Shown here: in pieces, positions 7,755-15,153 of the stretch
Position numbering within the stretch: the first letter of the stretch is position 1
How the letters are laid out: each line of letters opens with the position of its first letter
From: Candidatus Paracaedimonas acanthamoebae
GTDB lineage: Bacteria; Pseudomonadota; Alphaproteobacteria; Caedimonadales; Caedimonadaceae
Length of the DNA stretch: 24,000 bases
Reading direction: 5' to 3'
Assembly (NCBI GenBank): GCA_000743035.1
Contig: CP008936.1
Coordinates: 828,022-852,021, forward strand
Notes under the pieces: model-generated
Database searches by the model: none
Told to the model about the DNA's origin: nothing
Seen by the model: only the letters and a program-made list of their open reading frames with translations
Position numbers and translations under genes: made by a program

Positions 7755-9059
7755 ATGAGGTATTTTCAATTCCCAGCTAATTTCTTAAATAAGATTTTTA
7801 CAAATCCATTAACGGTCCTGGGAGCAATTATGCTTGGGACTATTATTGGCCTTCATGATAAGCCGCTTGCTAATATGGTTGCTCCTTTAGGAAAAATTTA
7901 TCTCTCAGCTCTCCAAATGTCTGTAGTTCCACTTATTGTTGTGATGATAACTTGTAGCATTGCACGTTTTATGCAATCAAAAGGCTTAAAAACTTCCGTA
8001 AGTTATATTTTATTAATTTTCTTCATTGGCTTGATTATATCAACATTTATAGGAGGTTTATGCGCAACTATTTTCAGGCCTGGCTCTAATATCGATGAGA
8101 CAATGCTGGCCAATATTATGAAAGACGCGGCATCTTCAATGATTCGCGAAATTGATTTAAAAACGCCTATTGAGGCAGACGCTTTTCAAAATTTAAATCA
8201 ATTTATTTCCGAACTTATCCCTAAAAATTTCTTTTCAGCTCTAGCAGAAGGAAAAATACTTCAAATAGTTATTTTTACAATTATATTGGGTACAGCAATT
8301 GGCGCTCTTAGTGGCACTTCTCAAAAGAACTTACTGAATTTATTCGAGAGCACTCAAAGGGCATTACAGAAAATATTAAGTTGGCTTTCAGTTGTACTAC
8401 CAATTGGCGTTTTAGGTTTGATGGCTGATCAAGTTTCAAAAGTTGATTTATCACTTTTACTTGTAATGACAAATTTTATTTGTAGCTTAACTTTTGCTTT
8501 CTTTAGCTTAATATTCTTATCAAGTCTCATTATATGGGCAAATTTTAGAGGTGGGTACTTAGAGTCAGTACGCGTTATGTGGACAACCATAGTTGTTGCT
8601 TTAACTACAAGAAATAGCTTTCTTGCCATGTCTGAAGCAACTGATAGTTTTACTGCCAGATTGAAATTTGATTCTCTAACAACAAATTTACTTCTTCCTT
8701 TAGGAATTACAATTTGTCGATATGGTAATGTATTATATTTCTCATTCACAGCTGTTTTTATTGCTCAAATTTATAATGTACCTCTTACTTTTTCGACATA
8801 TTATGTCATATTGTTCGGCTCAATTATCGCTGGTATTGCAACTTCAGGAGCAACTGGAGTTGCAAGTATCGCTCTTATTTCAATTGTTTTAGAGCCTCTG
8901 GGATTACCTTTAGGTGCTGTTTTTATGTTGCTAATTACGGTTGATGTTATTGCTGACCCCTTGAGAACACTTGCGATTATATATCCTAATTGTGCGGCCA
9001 CTTCTTTCATTGCTCGAAGAGAAGATTCTGCATCCATAAAAAATCAATTTTTTAAATAG
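7755..9059 (+). CDS. Divergent dicarboxylate/amino-acid:cation symporter (DAACS/SDF, GltP/DctA-like) family membrane protein
   Basis: ATG lies 3 nt after the cyclase stop, with AAGGAT as its RBS. It aligns by eye with GltP-type proteins along its length (SALQMSVVPLIVVMI; LLLPLGITI..G..LY....AVFIAQ; VDVIADPLRT). The canonical N-x-D-G-[TS] motif reads C-R-Y-G-N at 8715-8729. Confidence 0.8.
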   Translation: MRYFQFPANFLNKIFTNPLTVLGAIMLGTIIGLHDKPLANMVAPLGKIYLSALQMSVVPLIVVMITCSIARFMQSKGLKTSVSYILLIFFIGLIISTFIGGLCATIFRPGSNIDETMLANIMKDAASSMIREIDLKTPIEADAFQNLNQFISELIPKNFFSALAEGKILQIVIFTIILGTAIGALSGTSQKNLLNLFESTQRALQKILSWLSVVLPIGVLGLMADQVSKVDLSLLLVMTNFICSLTFAFFSLIFLSSLIIWANFRGGYLESVRVMWTTIVVALTTRNSFLAMSEATDSFTARLKFDSLTTNLLLPLGITICRYGNVLYFSFTAVFIAQIYNVPLTFSTYYVILFGSIIAGIATSGATGVASIALISIVLEPLGLPLGAVFMLLITVDVIADPLRTLAIIYPNCAATSFIARREDSASIKNQFFK

Positions 9060-9065
9060 AAGTAG

Positions 9066-9959
9066 TTAAAAATCCTGATGTTCTAAAGCTTTACGTTCAA
9101 TAAACTGACGAAAAGCAATAATACGTTTTGAATTTCTAAGCTGTTCAGGATACACGATAAAACGTTGCACCATTGCCCCTTCAAGATCAGGTAGGATTTC
9201 GATAAGATCATAATCTTTATCGAGTATATACTTATGCATACCTGCAATACCAAGCCCAGCCTTGACACACTGTAAGATTGCATAAGCATTGTTTACAATT
9301 AGGTAAGGTTCTCGATTTTGTCCGCGACGCGTTCCTGCATGCAGGATCCAATTAACTTTATTTAAGCGATGAGATATTTCATCCCCAAAAGCAATCAAGC
9401 GATGGTTATCAAGATCCTGAGGTTTTACAGGAACACCAAATTTTTTAAAATACGAGCGACTTCCATAGATTCTTAAACGATAAGGAGGCAAAGGAACAGA
9501 AATCATATCAGGTTGTGTAGGAGGAACTGATGGAATGCTAATATCTGCTTCACGCATATTTAGATCAGGCTCATCATCGCGCAAAATAAGATTTACCCGA
9601 ATATGCGGGTAAAGTTCTAAGAACTCACCGAGCAAAGGCGCAAGCCACATAGAACCAAAAGCAATTGAAGTAGTTATTTTTAAAGGGCCACGTGGGTGAC
9701 CTTGGCTCTCATTCAAAAGAGCTTCTGTCATAGCTAATTTTGAGAAAACCTCGCGTACTGACTCAAATAACAGTTCTCCTTGTTCTGTCATAACGAGCCC
9801 ACGAGCGTGACGATAAAATAATGGTACCCCTAATGATTCTTCCAACCCATTTACTTGTCTACTAATTGCGGACTGGCTTAGATTTAATTGTTCTGCAGCA
9901 CGTGTAAAGCTTCCTGCAAGTGCGACAGTATGAAAAATTCGTAATTTATCCCAATCCAT
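9066..9959 (-). CDS. LysR-family transcriptional regulator
   Basis: N-terminal winged-HTH signature (MDWDKLRIFHTVALAGSFTRAAEQLNLSQSAISRQVNGLEESLGVPLF), about 300 aa, with a LysR substrate-binding-type C-terminal half. Confidence 0.9.
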   Translation of the reverse strand: MDWDKLRIFHTVALAGSFTRAAEQLNLSQSAISRQVNGLEESLGVPLFYRHARGLVMTEQGELLFESVREVFSKLAMTEALLNESQGHPRGPLKITTSIAFGSMWLAPLLGEFLELYPHIRVNLILRDDEPDLNMREADISIPSVPPTQPDMISVPLPPYRLRIYGSRSYFKKFGVPVKPQDLDNHRLIAFGDEISHRLNKVNWILHAGTRRGQNREPYLIVNNAYAILQCVKAGLGIAGMHKYILDKDYDLIEILPDLEGAMVQRFIVYPEQLRNSKRIIAFRQFIERKALEHQDF

Positions 9960-10024
9960 TAATGGTCCTTAATTCTTTATCCTAAATGAATTGTGCCATA
10001 AAATGGTCAAATTCTAAATAAATT

Positions 10025-10855
10025 TTAACTTACGTTTTCAAGACGTTCAATTAAAGGTGCTAAGTTGATCATCTCAAGTAATGCTCGCAACTCTTGTCGT
10101 GCAGCAACATGTGATAATGTCATTTCAATACCGACATCTTGCAAATCCAATAAAGTTAATCCTTGTAAAAAGAGTTCTCTAAAAATAACCCGTTCACCGA
10201 AACCTGAAGCAAGGCGGAAGCCTATCCGTTGAGCAAGCTTGTTTAAGAGAAATTGCATCTCTTCTTTATTTTTTGCAAAAATACTACTTAATCTATTGCG
10301 CAGCACAATCCAATCAAATTGAGTACGTTCACGTAATAACTTATGTTTTTTCTGTTCCCATACCATCTCAGCGTATGTACTTGGCCCAGAGATTTCACGT
10401 GTCTCACTATTGATCCGAGCCAACATATCGAGATCAATAAAACTATCATTAAGTGGTGTAATTAACGTATCCGCATAAGAATGAGATAATTGTGAGAGAA
10501 AAGTATCATTTCCTGGAGTATCGATAAGAATAAAATCTTTGTCTTTTAGGCTGCTTAGACATGATAAAAACTTTTTCTTTTCTTCCTCTTGAGCATCCAA
10601 AATTGTTGGTAAATTTGACCGTAAAATCGCATGATGGGTGGAAATGGGAAGTTCCTTACCATTCATCTCTATATATTTGCGACGATTTTCTATATAGCGA
10701 GATAATGTTCCTTGCCGAGCATCAATATCGATTGATCCTACTTTAAAACCAAGCCTTAAAAGATGAACTATAAGATGCATTGAAAGTGTAGACTTTCCGG
10801 TCCCTCCTTTTTCATTTCCTAAAACGATGATATAGGGCTTTTCTTGTGCATTCAT
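10025..10855 (-). CDS. mipZ: MipZ-type ParA-like ATPase (division-plane positioning)
   Basis: Deviant Walker A (VLGNEKGGTGKST). Colinear matches to the remembered Caulobacter MipZ: IDIDARQGTLSRYIENRR, FILIDTPG, TPLNDSFIDLDML, WIVLRNRL, RIGFR...RVIFRELF..GLTLLDL and HVAARQELRAL. The length of 276 aa fits. Confidence 0.85.
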   Translation of the reverse strand: MNAQEKPYIIVLGNEKGGTGKSTLSMHLIVHLLRLGFKVGSIDIDARQGTLSRYIENRRKYIEMNGKELPISTHHAILRSNLPTILDAQEEEKKKFLSCLSSLKDKDFILIDTPGNDTFLSQLSHSYADTLITPLNDSFIDLDMLARINSETREISGPSTYAEMVWEQKKHKLLRERTQFDWIVLRNRLSSIFAKNKEEMQFLLNKLAQRIGFRLASGFGERVIFRELFLQGLTLLDLQDVGIEMTLSHVAARQELRALLEMINLAPLIERLENVS

Positions 10856-10867
10856 CTCATTTTCTCC

Positions 10868-11686
10868 TTAAGATTCTTCACTTTTCATTAGTGAGCCTTT
10901 ATGCATAAACCATCCTGCTATAATAATACCGATGGTTACTAAGCTCACTATAATTGTTGCTAGAGCATTTATAACAGGACTGATACCTGTGCGTACGCTT
11001 GAAAAGACAAGCATAGGCAAAGTGGTAGAACCAGGGCCTGAGAGAAAGCTTGCGAGCACTACGTCATCTAACGACAAAGTAAAGGCAAGTAACCAGCCAG
11101 CTGCAATTGATGGAAATATTAAAGGAAGCGTTATTTTAAAAAATACAGTAATTGGGCGTGCGCCTAGGTCTAAAGCGGCTTCCTCTAACTGTCTATCAAA
11201 TTCAAGAAGACGCGCACGAACAATCACGATAACATAAGCAATTGTTAAAGTAACATGTCCCAAAGTAATTGTTGTAATCCCTCGCTCTTTCGGCCACCCA
11301 ATAGTTTGCTGAAGCACAACAAAAAAAAGTAATAAAGCAAGGCCTGTAATAACTTCTGGCATAACTAAAGGAGCTGTTACAAGACCATTAAAAAAAGTTC
11401 TTCCTTTAAATGATTGAAATCTTACTATAACAAGAGCTGCAACTGTTCCTATAATCACAGAGATAGTCGCAGTCAGAAGGGCAATCTTTAAGCTTAATAA
11501 AGCTGAAGTAAGTATCATTTTATTAGAAAAAAGTTCGTAATACCATTTTAAAGAAAATTCTGACCATTCCGTGACACTTTGTGCTTTGTTAAATGAAAAA
11601 ACAATAAGACTTAATATAGGTAAATATAAAAATGCATACCCAAATACCATAAAAGTTAAGAGAAAAGGTCTTTTAGAAAAAGTCAC
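10868..11686 (-). CDS. potI: Putrescine/spermidine ABC transporter permease (PotI-like)
   Basis: Strong colinear similarity to the remembered E. coli PotI (APLVMPEVITGL, DLGARPITVFFKITLP, GWLLAFTLSLDDVVLASFLSGPGSTTLPMLVFSSVR). I place the start at GTG 11686, 1 nt after the potH stop. The ORF-track start at 11830 would overlap potH by 143 nt and adds non-homologous sequence. Confidence 0.85.
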   Translation of the reverse strand: MTFSKRPFLLTFMVFGYAFLYLPILSLIVFSFNKAQSVTEWSEFSLKWYYELFSNKMILTSALLSLKIALLTATISVIIGTVAALVIVRFQSFKGRTFFNGLVTAPLVMPEVITGLALLLFFVVLQQTIGWPKERGITTITLGHVTLTIAYVIVIVRARLLEFDRQLEEAALDLGARPITVFFKITLPLIFPSIAAGWLLAFTLSLDDVVLASFLSGPGSTTLPMLVFSSVRTGISPVINALATIIVSLVTIGIIIAGWFMHKGSLMKSEES

Positions 11687-11687
11687 T

Positions 11688-12602
11688 TTAATCTTCCCCT
11701 GTCGGTCGCATTGTAAACTTTTGAAAGCCAATAATTGGTAAAACAAGAAAGATAAGCATCGCAATTGCAAGCGCAGCTGCCACAGGCCAATCTCGATTTG
11801 TAAAAAACTCAGTCCACAAGATTTTACCAATCATGAGTGTATCTGGTCCTCCTAAAAGTTCTGGTATAACAAACTCACCAACCCCTGGAATAAACACAAG
11901 CATAGAGCCTGCAATAATTCCTTTTATAGAAAGCGGTACGGTGATTGTCCAAAACGCTCTCGAAGGTTTACACCCTAAGTCATAAGCAGCCTCTAAAATT
12001 TGATGATCTATTTTTTCTAAAGCAGAATAAAGAGGCAAAATCATAAAGGGTAAGTAAGAGTATACAATTCCCAAGCAAACGGAAAATTTATTATTATTGA
12101 GCGCAAGCGGTTGAGATATTATACCCATCTTTAATAAAAGACCATTTATTAACCCATGATAGTTAAGCAGACCGATCCACGCATATACTCGTATCAGAAA
12201 AGAAGTCCAAAAAGGTAAAATCACAAGTAACAACAAAATTATCTTTATTTTAGAATTAGCACGTGCAATCCCATAAGCGATAGGATAGCCAATCAGTAGA
12301 CAGAAAAAAGTTGCTAACCCTGCAATATGTAAAGATTCAATGTATCCAGCAATATATAAACTGTCCTCTTTAAGTAATTGATAATTCCATAAATTAAGCC
12401 GTATTTGAAGAAAACTCTCATCAACCCATGAGATTATTGAGGTAAAAGGTGGAGCACCAATAATACTTTCTGAAAAACTAAGTCCAAGTACAATCAGAAA
12501 AGGGATAAAAAAGAAAATAATATGCCACCCATAAGGAATAGCGATTAAAGCTGCCTTTCCAAGGATACGTTCAAAATAAATTTTCAAATTTTCTAAATTC
12601 AT
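11688..12602 (-). CDS. potH: Putrescine/spermidine ABC transporter permease (PotH-like)
   Basis: Polytopic membrane protein with the binding-protein-dependent permease EAA-loop region (LEAAYDLGCKPSRAFWTITVP). It sits between potG and potI, as in the potGHI arrangement. Confidence 0.85.
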   Translation of the reverse strand: MNLENLKIYFERILGKAALIAIPYGWHIIFFFIPFLIVLGLSFSESIIGAPPFTSIISWVDESFLQIRLNLWNYQLLKEDSLYIAGYIESLHIAGLATFFCLLIGYPIAYGIARANSKIKIILLLLVILPFWTSFLIRVYAWIGLLNYHGLINGLLLKMGIISQPLALNNNKFSVCLGIVYSYLPFMILPLYSALEKIDHQILEAAYDLGCKPSRAFWTITVPLSIKGIIAGSMLVFIPGVGEFVIPELLGGPDTLMIGKILWTEFFTNRDWPVAAALAIAMLIFLVLPIIGFQKFTMRPTGED

Positions 12603-12647
12603 TTCTAAGTTACATTTTATCTTTGATGATGCCTTTCAGTAATCAAC

Positions 12648-13790
12648 TTAACTGGTTAAAACAACTCCACTTTCAGGACGCCAATGAAGACAGACTTCAT
12701 CATCCCAATTAATGGGTCTCTCTGTCAAACGAACCTGATTTGTCACAGTTGATAAGATCTTTTTGCCAGATTTAAGCTCTATATGATAAATAGATACATC
12801 TCCAAGATAAGCAATTTCTGTCACAATTCCCTTACAATAATTTCGCTCTTTTTGCACTGGTTCTTTAGTGATCATAACTTTCTCTGGTCTTATAGCAACC
12901 GCAACTTGCGCTCCTACAGGGGCCGAAGATGAGTGCGTGACATACAAGTCACAACCAGCTTCTTCAGATTTGATAGATACATGGTCTGGTTCATCTTCGG
13001 TAACAAATCCCTCAAAAATATTCATCTCTCCAATAAAATCTGCAACAAAACGAGAACTGGGATATTCATAAATTTCTGTAGGTGTTCCAATTTGGCGTAT
13101 ACGTCCCTCTTCCATTACACCAATGCGCGTCGACATTGTCATCGCTTCTTCTTGATCATGTGTAACCATAACGAAAGTAACTCCCAATGTTTCTTGGATG
13201 TTAACAAGTTCAAACTGAGTTTGTTCACGCAATTTCCTATCAAGGGCTCCCAGAGGCTCATCTAAAAGAAGAACTCGGGGTTGTTTTGCAAGGCTTCTGG
13301 CAAGAGCGACTCTTTGCCTTTGTCCCCCGGATAATTGCTGAGGTTTTCGTTTTGCATATTTTCTTAAATGAACAAGCTCCAACATAGAAATAACACGATC
13401 CTTAATATCATTTTCTGGCATTTTTTGTTGTTTCAAACCAAAAGCTATATTCTGTTCAACGGTCATATGAGGAAAAAGAGCATATGATTGAAACATCATA
13501 TTAACAGGTCGATTATATGGTTCGACATTCGTCATATTTAAACCATCTATAAATATCTTACCTGAGGTTGGTATCTCAAAACCTGCTAATAACCTTAACA
13601 AAGTTGTCTTACCGCATCCTGAAGCACCCAAAAGAGAAAAAAATTCTCCTGGAAAAATCTGTAGGCTAATGTTGTTAACAGCGGGAAAACCGTCAAATGT
13701 TTTGGAAACATGAACAATATCAATAATAGGTCTTGCTTGAGGATCTTTCCAAGGCTCAAATCTTGTGGAGGGACGATCAGCAATAGCCAT
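12648..13790 (-). CDS. potG: Putrescine/spermidine ABC transporter ATP-binding protein (PotG-like)
   Basis: GAGGT RBS. Walker A (GASGCGKTT), ABC signature (LSGGQRQRVALARS), Walker B (LLLDEP), and a near-identical stretch to the remembered E. coli PotG (NMMFQSYALFPHMTVEQNIAFGLKQ). The C-terminal regulatory domain is present. Confidence 0.9.
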   Translation of the reverse strand: MAIADRPSTRFEPWKDPQARPIIDIVHVSKTFDGFPAVNNISLQIFPGEFFSLLGASGCGKTTLLRLLAGFEIPTSGKIFIDGLNMTNVEPYNRPVNMMFQSYALFPHMTVEQNIAFGLKQQKMPENDIKDRVISMLELVHLRKYAKRKPQQLSGGQRQRVALARSLAKQPRVLLLDEPLGALDRKLREQTQFELVNIQETLGVTFVMVTHDQEEAMTMSTRIGVMEEGRIRQIGTPTEIYEYPSSRFVADFIGEMNIFEGFVTEDEPDHVSIKSEEAGCDLYVTHSSSAPVGAQVAVAIRPEKVMITKEPVQKERNYCKGIVTEIAYLGDVSIYHIELKSGKKILSTVTNQVRLTERPINWDDEVCLHWRPESGVVLTS

Positions 13791-13912
13791 CTATAATTAC
13801 CTCAAAATATAATAACTATTACATCACTATCTTGGTAAGATGTGGAATGCAAGATATGTCTGCTTAGATTATATAATTTTATCTGAAAACGAGGGCAACT
13901 TTCTATTTCTAC

Positions 13913-15100
13913 TCACTTATTTGTATTATTTTTCTTGTCGAGATAAAAGTAAAGAAAGAGACTTAATATACACATTAAAACTAAAAATATGGCTAAAGGC
14001 TTGATACTAAAATCATCAAGTACGCTTCCTACAAATCCTCCTATTCCCAAAGCAGAAGTTATTACGAGGCTTCTAACCGCAGAAGCGGCCCCCTTCCGTT
14101 CTGTGAAAAGCTGTAAAGCGGCTGATGTTGTTGGGCCCCACACCAAAGCTGCGCCAGCCATATAAAAACCTATAGCTAATAATATGGGAATAAGAAAAAG
14201 ACTTTGAAAAAAGCTTAAGAACAATAAGGTAAGAGCACCAATAAATGCTACAATGATACCAACTAAAATTGATTTATTTACCCCTATGCGTTGGATTGTT
14301 TGAGAAGCTAAAAAAGTTCCAGCAAAATAAGCGATACTAACTGAGCTAATGTAAATCCCAATGAAATCTGAAGTCAGATACATCCTTGATTGAAAAAAGA
14401 AAGGTATAATAGTTAGATAACACAATTCGCCACAAATTAGGCAAGAATAAAGAATAATATATGCCAAAAATTTCTTATTCTTAAAGACAACCGTATAAGA
14501 ATGTATAACTTCTGCTGTATCAATCTCTTTTTTTTGAATAGGTCCTTTGTGTTCTGAAAGATAAAAAATCATCAATATGAGAATGCACAAGGCAAACCCA
14601 AAAATGAAGAAAAAATTCCCTCGCCAACCAAATGCTGTATCTATATATCCTCCTAAACTAGGTGCTAAGAGTGGCCCCAATGAAACAATACATCCTATCC
14701 ATGACATTACTGTTGCTCCCTTTTGTCCTGGATAATGATCTTGAATAGCCGCCCACCCCACAACAGGAACAGCAATACCTCCTATGCCTTGGACAAATCG
14801 CCCAATAAGAAGTAGAATTAATGATGATGCTCCCAAACAAAGGGAACTTCCCAAAATAAAAGCACCTAATCCCCATATTATTGTCCACTTACGGCCAAAG
14901 TGATCTGAGAAAATCCCAAAAATAGGTGTCGATAACAACCCGCCTAGCATATAGAAAGGTATGGAAAGCTGCAAAGCATCAGGACTACAATTAAAGAAAA
15001 TTGCCATAGCAGGAAAACTTGGAAGATAAATATCCGTAGCAATTATCGTAACGATAAAAGCCAAAATAATTAAAATTGTGCTACTTTTAGCTATAACCAT
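13913..15100 (-). CDS. MFS transporter, Bcr/CflA-type (drug/H+ antiporter-like, 12 TM)
   Basis: 395 aa and highly hydrophobic, with MFS motif A (GIFSDHFGRKWTIIWGL) between TM2 and TM3 and two six-helix halves. Confidence 0.85.
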   Translation of the reverse strand: MVIAKSSTILIILAFIVTIIATDIYLPSFPAMAIFFNCSPDALQLSIPFYMLGGLLSTPIFGIFSDHFGRKWTIIWGLGAFILGSSLCLGASSLILLLIGRFVQGIGGIAVPVVGWAAIQDHYPGQKGATVMSWIGCIVSLGPLLAPSLGGYIDTAFGWRGNFFFIFGFALCILILMIFYLSEHKGPIQKKEIDTAEVIHSYTVVFKNKKFLAYIILYSCLICGELCYLTIIPFFFQSRMYLTSDFIGIYISSVSIAYFAGTFLASQTIQRIGVNKSILVGIIVAFIGALTLLFLSFFQSLFLIPILLAIGFYMAGAALVWGPTTSAALQLFTERKGAASAVRSLVITSALGIGGFVGSVLDDFSIKPLAIFLVLMCILSLFLYFYLDKKNNTNK

Positions 15101-15153
15101 CTGAATTTCATTTTATGCTAGTTTTTTATTTCTCCAGAAAGACTAGCAAAAGC

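Noticed and set aside
8429-9037. Minus-strand ORFs 8429-8749 and 8801-9037
   Set aside because: They are antisense to the DAACS gene, have no RBS, and their composition is that of reverse-read hydrophobic codons.
9040-9070. TTTTTAA...TTAAAAA inverted repeat spanning the 6-nt gap between the convergent DAACS and lysR stops
   Set aside because: The 7-bp stem is A/T only and has negligible stability, and it occurs in an AT-rich genome, so it is most likely chance.
9083-9289. 68-aa ORF on the minus strand within the lysR gene
   Set aside because: It is an off-frame overlap of a confidently identified LysR CDS.
10561-11237. Plus-strand ORFs 10561-10746 and 10932-11237
   Set aside because: They are antisense to mipZ and potI respectively, with no independent support.
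11687-11830. N-terminal 48-aa extension of potI in the ORF track (start at 11830)
   Set aside because: It would overlap potH by 143 nt and has no similarity to PotI N-termini. The GTG at 11686, directly after the potH stop, gives a protein colinear with E. coli PotI.
12868-13783. ORFs 12868-13071(+), 12933-13265(+) and 13595-13783(-)
   Set aside because: They are antisense or off-frame inside potG.
15116-15148. Inverted repeat TGCTAGT...ACTAGCA between the ABC exporter stop and the MFS start
   Set aside because: It has only a 7-bp stem with a 19-nt loop and no U-tract, which is too weak to call a terminator or operator.
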